From: Candidatus Rifleibacteriota bacterium
GTDB taxonomy: Bacteria; Muiribacteriota; Ozemobacteria; Ozemobacterales; Ozemobacteraceae
Assembly (NCBI GenBank): GCA_028689875.1
Contig: JAQVCG010000004.1
Coordinates: 3,414-67,413, forward strand
Direction of reading: 5' to 3'
DNA length: 64,000 nt
Shown piece by piece: positions 37,124-45,800 of the stretch. A program made the position numbers and the translations under genes. Under the pieces are notes generated by a model. That model did not search any database, was not told the origin of the DNA, and saw only the letters and a list, made by a program, of their open reading frames with translations. Each line of letters opens with the position of its first letter. The stretch's first letter is position 1.

Positions 37124-37573
37124 ATGAAAAATGCTTTATTTATATTACTTTTTTGTGGCTTTTTTTTATGCACAGCATTTACCGAATGTTTAGGTGCTTA
37201 TCCTCCCTTGATAAGGGCACACGCATTCGCCGACGTTACCAGGCTCGAAAAAGGACAATACTTCGTTACGATTTTCCTTGAAATACATAATGACGACAAT
37301 CGCATACCGCTAATTATCGAATCATTGACGGCTGACTCTTGGCGGGGTACGCGAAAAGCTACGGTCGGTGAAAACTGGTTTGAGTCACCGCAGCCGATTG
37401 TTTTGATGCAAAATACGAAGCAGAAGATAGTGAACCGCTCGTTTTACGTTAATAAAGGTTTTACGGCGAATTATTGGGTCAGGTGGCTTAAATTTAAAAT
37501 AAAAACGAACCGAGGAGTTTTTGAATCAAACTATGTCGGTTCGCCTTATTCAGCTAATATAACGAGCAAATGA
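37124..37573 (+). CDS. secreted hypothetical protein
   Basis: 149 aa. Signal-like 'ALFILLFCGFFLCTAFTECLGA'. Confidence 0.45.
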   Translation: MKNALFILLFCGFFLCTAFTECLGAYPPLIRAHAFADVTRLEKGQYFVTIFLEIHNDDNRIPLIIESLTADSWRGTRKATVGENWFESPQPIVLMQNTKQKIVNRSFYVNKGFTANYWVRWLKFKIKTNRGVFESNYVGSPYSANITSK

Positions 37574-38566
37574 TCAACCCACCGGAGCAGCCGCACCGGC
37601 AGTCTGGATCAACATTACTGTGTAGGCTATGTATCCCACAAGCAAGATTAAACCTTCGAGTCTGACGATTTTCATACCGGTTTTCATTATTGGTAACAGT
37701 GCTAGGGCAGTTACAGTCATAATTGGTATGTGAAGACCGAGCATTTGCTCAGAAGCCGCAAGCGGTGCGATTTTGTCTGAAAACATTGGTATAGTTGCGG
37801 CAGTGCCGATAATCGCAAGTATATTAAATATGTTTGAGCCCACAACGTTGCCAACTGCGATTCCTGATTGGCCTTTGCGTGCGGCGACTATGCTTGTGGC
37901 AAGCTCGGGCAGTGAAGTGCCGATTGCTACGAGGGTTAAGCCGATAACTTCGTCAGAGACGCCCAGACTCTGCGCTATTTCGACAGCGCCTCTTACCAAG
38001 GCTTCTGCGCCTAATACCAAACCTATAAAGCCGATAATTACATAAACTGTACTTTTTAGATTTGAAGGAAGGGGCTTATCTGTGGCTTCTGCCGGTTCCG
38101 GGTTTTCTGCTGCCTCTTTTTTGCCTACTATATAGGTCATGATAAAGTATGAGAAAAATAACACTAAAAGGATTATTCCTTCATTGTAAGAGATGGTTTG
38201 GTTTGTGTAGGCAAGATACCAAACTAAAAGTGTCGCGCCTATCATCAGTGGGGTGTCGCGTTTTACCATAGTCTTTTCGCAGACTATCGGACATATTAAA
38301 GCCGAAACGCCAAGTATTAGGGCTATGTTCATGATGTTCGACCCAACGGCGTTACCAAGGGAGAGTGAGGCATTTCCCTTGATAGAAGCATTGATGCTTA
38401 CTACCAGTTCGGGCAATGACGTGCCGGCCGCTACGATTGTTAAGCCTACAACAGTCTTGCTTACTCCAAAACTCATTGCAAGATTTGAAGCGCCCTCTAC
38501 AAGCTTGTCAGCAGCATAAATGAGGACTATAAAGCCGATAACACACAAGATGATATTTGTAGCCAT
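37574..38566 (-). CDS. Ca2+/Na+ antiporter (CaCA family, YrbG-like)
   Basis: 330 aa. Duplicated alpha-repeats 'GTSLPELVVSI...GNAVGSNIMNIALILG' and 'GTSLPELATSI...GNVVGSNIFNILAIIG'. Confidence 0.85.
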   Translation of the reverse strand: MATNIILCVIGFIVLIYAADKLVEGASNLAMSFGVSKTVVGLTIVAAGTSLPELVVSINASIKGNASLSLGNAVGSNIMNIALILGVSALICPIVCEKTMVKRDTPLMIGATLLVWYLAYTNQTISYNEGIILLVLFFSYFIMTYIVGKKEAAENPEPAEATDKPLPSNLKSTVYVIIGFIGLVLGAEALVRGAVEIAQSLGVSDEVIGLTLVAIGTSLPELATSIVAARKGQSGIAVGNVVGSNIFNILAIIGTAATIPMFSDKIAPLAASEQMLGLHIPIMTVTALALLPIMKTGMKIVRLEGLILLVGYIAYTVMLIQTAGAAAPVG

Positions 38567-38691
38567 AAAAACTCCGACAATAATTAGTGATTGAATAGGA
38601 TTATAAGATTTGAACAGATATAAAGCAAATTTTTTATGTTTTTTGCATTAATCACATAAAAAGTCGGGTAAACCCAATTAAATACTAAATC

Positions 38692-38730
38692 AAAAAAACC
38701 GCTCAGTGTAGCCGACGACACTAAACGGTT
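38692..38730 (-). terminator. rho-independent terminator after tRNA-Gln
   Basis: Minus strand reads AACCG..TAGTGT..loop..ACACT..CGGTT followed by T7 (plus-strand A-run 38692-38698). Confidence 0.6.
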
Positions 38731-38737
38731 CTTTGGG

Positions 38738-38808
38738 CTGGGGTGCAGGGATTCGAACCCCAATAGGCAATTCCAGAGACTGCAGTCCTACCATTAGACG
38801 ACACCCCA
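38738..38808 (-). tRNA. tRNA-Gln (anticodon CUG)
   Basis: Folded by hand. Acceptor TGGGGTG/CACCCCA with U1-A72 and discriminator G, as in bacterial tRNA-Gln. D arm GTCT-AATGGTA-GGAC. Anticodon arm GCAGT-CTCTGGA-ATTGC. T arm with TTCGAAT loop. CCA is not encoded. Confidence 0.85.
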
Positions 38809-38822
38809 TCGGTGTAGAAAAG

Positions 38823-38851
38823 ATGATATCACTTTTAAATTTTGCTGTCAA
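38823..38851 (-). promoter_or_regulatory. sigma70-type promoter for tRNA-Gln (TTGACA-17-TATCAT)
   Basis: Minus-strand TTGACA at 38846-38851 and TATCAT at 38823-38828, with a 17-nt spacer. The -10 ends 14 nt before tRNA position 1. The -35 lies 4 nt downstream of the stop of the radical SAM gene. Confidence 0.65.
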
Positions 38852-38855
38852 TGAT

Positions 38856-40058
38856 TTATTTGATCTCTTGGTTCGTTCTAAAGTAACCAATGTGGTTTTC
38901 CCACCAGCCGTCGAGTTTGCCGGCTTTTTGCAGTGTTTGGATGCGCCTTTTTACCGACTCATCGATGGGCGATTGAAGTTTGTTTTCCCAGGGGGTCGAG
39001 GGCAGCGGAGTAAACGTGTGCATGTGCACCTTGATTTCAAATTCTTCTATCATTTGCTCCATGAAGTCTACTAATTCGATTTGCTCTTCTTGTGTTTCGT
39101 CAGGGTTGCCTACAATAAAATCTATGTGCGGCAAAAAGCCGAATTCGCGCAGTAAAGATATAGCGTTTATGGCTTGTTCTCTGGTATGTCCGCGATTCAT
39201 TTTGGCCAGCATTTTGTTTGACCCGCTTTGAACGCCCATTACAATTGTTTTGTTTGAAAGATAGGGGGTTACCAGTTCCATTACTTCGCGTGTAACATAG
39301 TCCGGGCGAACTTCTGAGGGAAAACTTCCTAGGTTGATTTCCGGGACATTTGCTTTTTTTAAGCCTTCGAGCAGTTCGTAAAGACAATTTAATTCAGGTT
39401 TGCCAGAAAAAGAGCCGTAAGCAAAGGCATTAGGAGCCAAAAATTTAATTCGTTTTCTGCCTGGTTTAAGCTTGAAATATTCTTTTACTATGGCGATTAT
39501 GGCGTCTATGCTTCTGTGTCTCACGGTTGCGGCATTAAGCCTCGGAACACCGCAAAACATGCACCCGCATCTGCAGCCTCGCGATATTTCAATGGGCGGC
39601 AAATACTCGGTGATAGGTGAAAAACCGGGGAACAAATCTAAGTTAACCTTTGCTTTAGGGGCATGGTGAATGCCTTTTTCAAAAGTATTGTCGAGCCATT
39701 TTTCTAAGAATTCGGAGAAAAATACTTCGCCTTCTCCGGCTAATACGTAGTCAAAGCCTATTTCTAAGATAGCTTGAGGTGCGCTTGTCGGCTGTGCGCC
39801 GCCGCATACGGTTTCGCAACTCGGATATCTTTCTTTAAGAGACTTCAGCTCGGTTGCAACTTCGGTTGTGTGGGGCAGCATAAAAGAATATACAACCAGA
39901 GTTTTATCGTGCTTAAGTTCTTTAGGCTCTTCAGCCGTGCTCACCCAGGTGATTAAGTTAAACTTCTGAAGCAAATTTTTGGGTGTAGCACCTAAAATGG
40001 CTCCTAAACTGACTCGGTTGTAATTTTGTATTCTTATTATTAGATTCGGGACAGACAT
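38856..40058 (-). CDS. radical SAM protein with N-terminal B12-binding-like domain
   Basis: 400 aa. 'EISRGCRCGCMFCGVP' contains CxxxCxxC. Preceded by a Rossmann-like N-terminal domain. Confidence 0.7.
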   Translation of the reverse strand: MSVPNLIIRIQNYNRVSLGAILGATPKNLLQKFNLITWVSTAEEPKELKHDKTLVVYSFMLPHTTEVATELKSLKERYPSCETVCGGAQPTSAPQAILEIGFDYVLAGEGEVFFSEFLEKWLDNTFEKGIHHAPKAKVNLDLFPGFSPITEYLPPIEISRGCRCGCMFCGVPRLNAATVRHRSIDAIIAIVKEYFKLKPGRKRIKFLAPNAFAYGSFSGKPELNCLYELLEGLKKANVPEINLGSFPSEVRPDYVTREVMELVTPYLSNKTIVMGVQSGSNKMLAKMNRGHTREQAINAISLLREFGFLPHIDFIVGNPDETQEEQIELVDFMEQMIEEFEIKVHMHTFTPLPSTPWENKLQSPIDESVKRRIQTLQKAGKLDGWWENHIGYFRTNQEIK

Positions 40059-40064
40059 GACATA

Positions 40065-40934
40065 TTATTTCCAATTTCTAAACGGTATTTTTGATTCGAC
40101 GATTTCTACTGTCGAGAGCTTGCGAGAAGCGAAAAAAGCTTCGAGACTGCTTCGGGCCAGTGCCATATGCGGCGAAGGGCCCACAGTGGTTTTAACAATA
40201 CAGTCTTTACCTTCTTCGTCGATAATTTTAAAATTAAGATAGGGTATTAGTGAATAGGTGCCTTCTCTGAACGCGAATAGCGGTGATTTCCCTGACAAAA
40301 CAGGTGACACCAGTCGCCATTCTTTTTCTTCAGAAAAACTTTCGTCCTTGATTATAGGGGCAAGCTGGCAAACACTCGTATGTATTATGTTGACCATCTC
40401 TTCGTGTGTTATGTGACGGTCAAAAAACTCTTCACACCAGCTTTCTATCAGGTAGTTTACAAGTTCGCTTTGCAAAACCGGGTTGTAAACGCAAGGCCAC
40501 AATACAAATGACTGTTTTTTTGCAATGTTTATGAGTCTTTCAAGGTTAAACCCTATTGCATAGCCCTTGCCAAGGTTGCCGTAACCTCTCCATTGGCTTA
40601 AAAGATCGCCCGCTTCGCAAAATGATGCAATGCAAATGTGCCATTGATCAACGTTTTGCAGGCTTCTTCTGATTTCGGTGAGCAGGTTTTTGTTTATTTG
40701 GTTTTGAGTTTTATCAATTTGCTTTTTAAGTTCACGATCGAGCAGTTTAAAAGTTAAAAAAACTTCGTTTTTGTCGTTTAAAAAATGCACTTGTGTTGCC
40801 CACATTTCTCTTAACGAGATTATGCCCAAAATGCCTTCTTGTGTGGTGTAGTGATAGATGGTTTTGGGGGGCCTTACGGGAAAAACTGTCTGGTATAGAT
40901 ACTTTTCAAATTTATTCAGCATAATAGGACTCAC
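40065..40934 (-). CDS. DUF2971-like protein
   Basis: 289 aa. 'IYHYTTQEGILGIISLREMWATQVHFLNDKNE' matches my recollection of the DUF2971 N-terminal signature. ATGA overlap with the cyclase gene. Confidence 0.5.
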   Translation of the reverse strand: MSPIMLNKFEKYLYQTVFPVRPPKTIYHYTTQEGILGIISLREMWATQVHFLNDKNEVFLTFKLLDRELKKQIDKTQNQINKNLLTEIRRSLQNVDQWHICIASFCEAGDLLSQWRGYGNLGKGYAIGFNLERLINIAKKQSFVLWPCVYNPVLQSELVNYLIESWCEEFFDRHITHEEMVNIIHTSVCQLAPIIKDESFSEEKEWRLVSPVLSGKSPLFAFREGTYSLIPYLNFKIIDEEGKDCIVKTTVGPSPHMALARSSLEAFFASRKLSTVEIVESKIPFRNWK

Positions 40935-43015
40935 TTAGACTGTATCTTAAAAATGCCGTCCCAGTTGTCGTCTGGCGGGTAGTTCTTAAGTTTTGTACTT
41001 CGCGCAACATAAAGATTTGCAACAAAATCATCGGGCAAAATTCGTAATATTTCTTCAAACTGCTCAATCGCATTTTCCCAGTTTCGGTTAAGATAGTTAG
41101 AAAAGGCATTATCTGTCAGTTCAGAAACTTTTTTTAACGACTCATAATTATCAGAGTCTGTCTCGCCTGTCAAACTGTAAATTTTAAGACTTTGTTCTCT
41201 GCCCTTAACAGTAACCAAGTCTAATAGCCTGAAAACAAAGAAATTTCTTGCCTCTTTAAAAGTATCTTCGCTCACGATTATTTCTGAACCGTAAATTTTG
41301 TTTAACCCCTCAAGCCTGCTGGCCAGGTTTACGCCGTCTCCTACAGCCGTGTAGTTAAATCGTTTCGAAGATCCAAAGTTGCCGACTAGCGCAACACCTG
41401 TGTTGATACCGATTCTTGTCTTAAACAGAGATTTGTTCTGCTGTTCCCATTTTTTGTTCAGTTTGTGAATTGCTTTCTCTATTTCTATTGCTGCTTTGCA
41501 AGCCTTTTTGGCCTGCTCTTCGTCTTTGGTCGGCGCGCCCCAAAAAGCCATTACCGAGTCGCCGATGTATTTATCAATGATTCCGTTATGGCTGTAAATT
41601 ATTGATGCTATAACGTCGAAGTATTCTGATAATTGCTGCACCAGCTCGCTTGGCGCTACGTGCTCTGTAATAGACGAAAAATTAGCTATATCGGTAAACA
41701 TCAGCGTAATCTTTTCAGCCTGTGCCTCAATTGCCGCCGCATTGCCGCTTTTAACCAGCCCGTGAACTATTTCAGACGGCACGTATTTGTTAAAAGAACC
41801 CAGCACTTTTTTCATTCCAACCATTGCGTCAGCCATCGTCTGAATCTCGGTTACAGATGATTTAATGTCTATACTGTCCTCAAAATCGAGGTTTTTGATT
41901 TTTACCACCTCGTTTGTGAGCTTGTTAATCGGGTCTGTCAGCTCTCTTGCGATGGCGGCTGTTAAAAATCCTGCAATTACCAAAAGCCAAAATGAGAACA
42001 GCAAGGTGGTTTCGTGTATTCGCGCTATCGGCCCTATAAAGTCGTCTTCAGGCACAATTATGCCAAGTGCCCAATTTCTGCCAAAATTTTCAGGGAAGGG
42101 GCGAAAGGAAGCGATGAATTTTTCGCCGCCGTGTGCGTATGTGAATCTCATCAGTTTCGTTTTTAAATATTTGTTCATCGCATTTTTTATGGGAGTGCTC
42201 AATATTTTTTGTTTGTCGGGCGATCTCGGCGTTCGCATATTATCTTTAATCAATGATTGCTCGGGATACGCTAAAACATTGCCTTCAAGGTCTATTATGA
42301 ACGCTGTTCCCGATTCGCCGATTTTCATGGTTCGCAAAAATTCAGAAATGTCGTTAAGTCTGAAATCTATGCCGATAACTCCTGCAAATGCGCCCGTTTT
42401 GTCATATAACGGGTGTGAGCATGTTACACCTTGAACCTGCTCCGTAAAAAGCTTGTATTCGCGGCTCCAGGTTATGTTGCCTTCGTTTCTGGCTAATATA
42501 TACCAAGCTCTGTCTCGCGGATCAAAATCGTCTTCTATATTCTCATTTGAGAGTTCCTGCATTCCCTGCGTGATTTCTTTTTCTGATACCTGTCTGGCAG
42601 ATGTTTTTGAAGCAAGCTCGCTTAAAATGGTTTTTACAGAATAATTACCGTTATTGAGTCTTCGGCACATCACAAAGTTTCCGTTTTTATCTCCGTAGTA
42701 AATACTCGAAAATTGCGTGTAGATTGAAAGTGTCTTAACCGAAAACGATTCAATAATGCCCGCCTGGGCGTTAAAATCATTTGTGTGCTTTTCTGTCAGC
42801 TGCTTTAAGAGGTTCCCCATTTTGTGGGCCGGGTCTAAATGATTGCTTGTTTGTCTAATAATTGTTTCTGAAATCTGATAAAGCAGTTCATCCGAAGATT
42901 GAAGCATCGCTTCTGAATTGCTTCTGTAGGCATATACAACAATACCGGCCACAATTAATGAAAAAAGTGCCAAAAATGAAAGAAAGATAACGACTTGAAG
43001 TCTGTATGTTTTCAT
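40931..43015 (-). CDS. membrane sensor class III adenylate/guanylate cyclase (Cache-like periplasmic domain, HAMP, cyclase, C-terminal TPR-like)
   Basis: 694 aa. TM1 'VVIFLSFLALFSLIVAGIVVY'. Second TM 'LLFSFWLLVIAGFLTAAIA' followed by HAMP. 'ITLMFTDIANFSSITE', 'KYIGDSVMAFWGAP', 'RIGINTGVALVGNFGS..RFNYTAVGDGVNLASRLE'. Confidence 0.85.
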   Translation of the reverse strand: MKTYRLQVVIFLSFLALFSLIVAGIVVYAYRSNSEAMLQSSDELLYQISETIIRQTSNHLDPAHKMGNLLKQLTEKHTNDFNAQAGIIESFSVKTLSIYTQFSSIYYGDKNGNFVMCRRLNNGNYSVKTILSELASKTSARQVSEKEITQGMQELSNENIEDDFDPRDRAWYILARNEGNITWSREYKLFTEQVQGVTCSHPLYDKTGAFAGVIGIDFRLNDISEFLRTMKIGESGTAFIIDLEGNVLAYPEQSLIKDNMRTPRSPDKQKILSTPIKNAMNKYLKTKLMRFTYAHGGEKFIASFRPFPENFGRNWALGIIVPEDDFIGPIARIHETTLLFSFWLLVIAGFLTAAIARELTDPINKLTNEVVKIKNLDFEDSIDIKSSVTEIQTMADAMVGMKKVLGSFNKYVPSEIVHGLVKSGNAAAIEAQAEKITLMFTDIANFSSITEHVAPSELVQQLSEYFDVIASIIYSHNGIIDKYIGDSVMAFWGAPTKDEEQAKKACKAAIEIEKAIHKLNKKWEQQNKSLFKTRIGINTGVALVGNFGSSKRFNYTAVGDGVNLASRLEGLNKIYGSEIIVSEDTFKEARNFFVFRLLDLVTVKGREQSLKIYSLTGETDSDNYESLKKVSELTDNAFSNYLNRNWENAIEQFEEILRILPDDFVANLYVARSTKLKNYPPDDNWDGIFKIQSK

Positions 43016-43071
43016 ATGCTATTTATAAACTTATACTAAATTAGCGAAAAATCCACTTAATTTGTTTTTCA

Positions 43072-43100
43072 TTGACTTGAGTAATGTTCTCAGATAGAAT
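43072..43100 (+). promoter_or_regulatory. sigma70-type promoter (TTGACT-17-TAGAAT) for the ABC-F gene
   Basis: Hexamers at 43072-43077 and 43095-43100 with a 17-nt spacer. The -10 ends 8 nt before the ATG at 43109, with no Shine-Dalgarno in between (TACGGCCC). Confidence 0.6.
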
Positions 43101-43108
43101 TACGGCCC

Positions 43109-44728
43109 ATGATAAACCTTTCAAACGTAAAAATTTCATATGGTAAACGCACCCTTTTCAAAAACGCAAATTTTCTTGTAAGACCGGGCGATAAAATAGG
43201 TCTTGTAGGGCCAAACGGTGCAGGCAAAACTACAGTTTTCAGACTTATTACCGGCGAAGAAAAGCCCGATGAGGGCGAAATTCAAATTAATGCCGGTTTA
43301 ACTTTGGGCTATTTTTCCCAGTCCGTAGGTGAAATGGGAGGCAAATCTGTCGTTGAACAGGTTTTGTCTTCTGCAGGCAGAGTTTACGAAGTAGGCAAAA
43401 AACTTCACGAATACGAACGAAAAATGTGTGAAGACCCTGAAGTAAGCATGAATACCGCGTTTATGGATAAATACGGCAAATACCTTGATGAATTTATGAG
43501 TTTAAACGGCTATGAAAAGGAATCTGAGGCTAAAGTCATATTAGCGGGGTTAGGTTTTTCTAACGACCAATTTGACGATCCCGTCGAAAGGTTTTCGGGC
43601 GGCCGCAAAATGCGAATCGCCTTAGCGGGTATACTTTTGCTTAACCCCGATGTGCTGCTGATAGACGAACCCACAAACCACCTCGATGTAGAAGCTATAG
43701 TCTGGTTAGAAAAATGGCTCAAAGATTTTAAGGGCGCATTGGTTATGACAAGCCATGACAGGGAGTTTATGACTTCTATCTGCTTCAGAACCATAGAGGT
43801 TGCGGGCGAAACCATTACGACCTATAACGGGGATTATGAATTTTACTTGCGCGAACGTGAAATTAGGCGCGAACAGCTTTTATCTCAGTATAAAAAACAG
43901 CAGACCACCCTTGCCAAAGAAGAAGAATTTATTGCAAGATTTGCCGCACGTGCTTCTCACGCTGCCCAAGTGCAGTCGCGAGTAAAAAATCTTGAAAAAA
44001 TCGAAAGAATAGTGATTCCGCCTGACCCTAAGGTTATTAAGTTCCAGTTTGCGCCCGTTACAAGAAGTGGCGAGATTGTTGTCGATTTTGATGACTTAGG
44101 CAAAGAATGGCCCCTCGATAATGGTAAAAAACTAAGAGTTTTTTCAAATGTAACCGGCAAAGTTATAAGAAAAAATAAAATTGCCGTTACCGGCATAAAC
44201 GGCGCCGGAAAGTCTACTTTGCTCAAAACTATTGCGGGTTTAACCAGCCCGACAGAGGGCAAATGCACTATAGGAGCCAGCGTAAATGTCGGATACTTCA
44301 GTCAGTACAGCTGCGATGTTTTAAGACCCGAAAACACCGTATTTGAAGAAGTGCAAAAACGATTGCCCATGGCCAGCGTCGGAACAATAAAAAACCTTTT
44401 AGGTGCTTTTCTTTTTTCGGGCGATGACTCCGATAAAAAAGTTTCAATACTTTCGGGTGGTGAAAAAAGTCGTGTCATGCTTGCCTGCATGCTGGCATGC
44501 CCCGTAAATTTCTTGATTCTGGACGAACCCACAAACCATTTAGACATAGTAAGCCGCGAAGTTCTGTTAGAAGCTTTACAAGATTTTGACGGCACTATAA
44601 TGATCGTAAGCCACGACAGATATTTCTTAAAGCACCTTGTAAACAGAGTTTTCCAAGTAGACAAAGGCGAGCTGAAATACTACGACGGCAACTACGACTA
44701 CTACTTAGAAAAAACCGCCTCGAATTAG
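43109..44728 (+). CDS. ABC-F family ATPase (translation-associated, YbiT/EttA-like)
   Basis: 539 aa. Two ABC cassettes and no TM domain. 'GPNGAGKTT','FSGGRKMRIALA','LLIDEPTNHLD'; 'GINGAGKSTL','LSGGEKSRVMLA','LILDEPTNHLD'. Confidence 0.9.
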   Translation: MINLSNVKISYGKRTLFKNANFLVRPGDKIGLVGPNGAGKTTVFRLITGEEKPDEGEIQINAGLTLGYFSQSVGEMGGKSVVEQVLSSAGRVYEVGKKLHEYERKMCEDPEVSMNTAFMDKYGKYLDEFMSLNGYEKESEAKVILAGLGFSNDQFDDPVERFSGGRKMRIALAGILLLNPDVLLIDEPTNHLDVEAIVWLEKWLKDFKGALVMTSHDREFMTSICFRTIEVAGETITTYNGDYEFYLREREIRREQLLSQYKKQQTTLAKEEEFIARFAARASHAAQVQSRVKNLEKIERIVIPPDPKVIKFQFAPVTRSGEIVVDFDDLGKEWPLDNGKKLRVFSNVTGKVIRKNKIAVTGINGAGKSTLLKTIAGLTSPTEGKCTIGASVNVGYFSQYSCDVLRPENTVFEEVQKRLPMASVGTIKNLLGAFLFSGDDSDKKVSILSGGEKSRVMLACMLACPVNFLILDEPTNHLDIVSREVLLEALQDFDGTIMIVSHDRYFLKHLVNRVFQVDKGELKYYDGNYDYYLEKTASN

Positions 44729-44761
44729 TTCAAATTGCTGATTTATCTGTTCAAACTTGCT

Positions 44762-44805
44762 AAAAAACAAAAGACTTCAGATTACTCTGAAGTCTTTTGT
44801 TTTTA
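44762..44805. terminator. bidirectional rho-independent terminator
   Basis: Arms AAAAGACTTCAG (44769-44780) and CTGAAGTCTTTT (44787-44798), flanked by an A-run and a T-run. Serves the ABC-F gene (+) and tRNA-Leu (-). Confidence 0.8.
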
Positions 44806-44810
44806 AACGG

Positions 44811-44892
44811 TGCCGGGAACGGGACTTGAACCCGTAAGGCTCTCGCCACACGCCCCTCAAACGTGCGTGTCTACCAGTTCCACCATCCCGGC
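44811..44892 (-). tRNA. tRNA-Leu (anticodon GAG)
   Basis: Folded by hand. Acceptor GCCGGGA/TCCCGGC, discriminator A. D loop GAACTGGTAGA. Anticodon arm CACGT-TTGAGGG-GCGTG. Long variable arm (GGC-GAGA-GCC). T arm ACGGG-TTCAAGT-CCCGT. Confidence 0.9.
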
Positions 44893-44905
44893 GGTTTGTA
44901 AGGGG

Positions 44906-44934
44906 ATTATATAATATTGCGGTTATGTTGTCAA
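44906..44934 (-). promoter_or_regulatory. consensus sigma70 promoter for tRNA-Leu (TTGACA-17-TATAAT)
   Basis: Minus-strand TTGACA at 44929-44934 and TATAAT at 44906-44911, with a 17-nt spacer. 13 nt to tRNA position 1. The -35 directly abuts the stop codon at 44935. Confidence 0.75.
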
Positions 44935-45288
44935 TTACTTTTTTAAAATATTTCTAAGATCCATTTGGGAGGTACCCATGGTATTTGACAAAATCGCAAT
45001 TTCGAGGTCGTGTTTTGATTTTTCAAACGCGGCTTTGTGTATATCAAGGTATCGGCTGCCTTTTTGCAGGGCTTTTTGGTATCTTAGATATGATTCGGTG
45101 TAATTTTCGTAAGCCTTTTGAAGATCGGGGACTGTGCAAGTTATATCAGCAGTATGGGTGGCGGTCTCTTTTTTTGTTTTTTCTGAGTTCATCGCCGAAG
45201 TGGTAAACAAAGCGGCGGCACTGATTGCTACACCGAGGCCGATTGTTATGGCGAGCCCGATTAAACCTTTTCGTTTGCTCTTCATCAT
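44935..45288 (-). CDS. small secreted/membrane-anchored helical protein
   Basis: 117 aa. N-terminal hydrophobic '[20 protein letters not shown]'. Last gene of the nine-gene string. Confidence 0.45.
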   Translation of the reverse strand: MMKSKRKGLIGLAITIGLGVAISAAALFTTSAMNSEKTKKETATHTADITCTVPDLQKAYENYTESYLRYQKALQKGSRYLDIHKAAFEKSKHDLEIAILSNTMGTSQMDLRNILKK

Positions 45289-45296
45289 ACTATTAA

Positions 45297-45800
45297 TTAT
45301 ATCAGATAATCGTTATTAATGGAAGAATCGGCCCGGCTGTCGATGTATTTGATCATTTGAACTCTTGTTCCTGCGCCTACTGCCGTAATGACCTCAAATT
45401 CGTCGGTTAGTAGCTTCATTAATCCTAACCCGCGTCCTCGTATGGAATGCAGACATGTCAAGTCGTCGGGAACTTTTGTGGTATCTATGTCGAATCCGCA
45501 TCCGTTGTCTTCTACGATTATTTCAAGTTTGTCTTTGTAAATCATGAAATCAACGGTAACGCCGGAAGAATACTTTTTAGCGCCGTGCTCAACGGCGTTA
45601 ACAAAGGCTTCATCGACAATCAGCCCAATGTCGTAAACATGTTCTTCTTTAAATCCCATGTTTTTCGCAATAAGCTCGGCGTTTTTTTTTACTACCGAAA
45701 TGTATTTCGCATCGGGAAAATTAAAGCTTATGCATTCAGGAAATTTGCGTTTTGAGCTCATCCATTCGTGTTCTGGCATAATCTGCATTGAGTTGTGCAA
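45297..45800 (-). CDS. RsbW/SpoIIAB-like HATPase_c serine kinase / anti-sigma-type protein
   Basis: 'EAFVNAVEHG', 'IVEDNGCGFD', 'GRGLGLMKLLTDEF'. Start is uncertain: a TTG at 45800, or in-frame ATGs at 45788/45779/45761. All overlap the 3' end of the AAA+ gene. Confidence 0.7.
   Translation of the reverse strand: MHNSMQIMPEHEWMSSKRKFPECISFNFPDAKYISVVKKNAELIAKNMGFKEEHVYDIGLIVDEAFVNAVEHGAKKYSSGVTVDFMIYKDKLEIIVEDNGCGFDIDTTKVPDDLTCLHSIRGRGLGLMKLLTDEFEVITAVGAGTRVQMIKYIDSRADSSINNDYLI

Noticed and set aside
41865-42434. 189-aa plus-strand ORF
   Set aside because: It is antisense inside the cyclase gene. It shows no motifs and has low-complexity composition.
40065-43015. Cyclase plus downstream gene as a Pycsar/CBASS-type defence pair
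   Set aside because: The cyclase is a class III enzyme with a Cache-HAMP membrane-sensor architecture typical of signal transduction. It is not a stand-alone PycC or CD-NTase. The downstream protein shows no recognisable TIR, TM-pore, nuclease or phospholipase effector motif.
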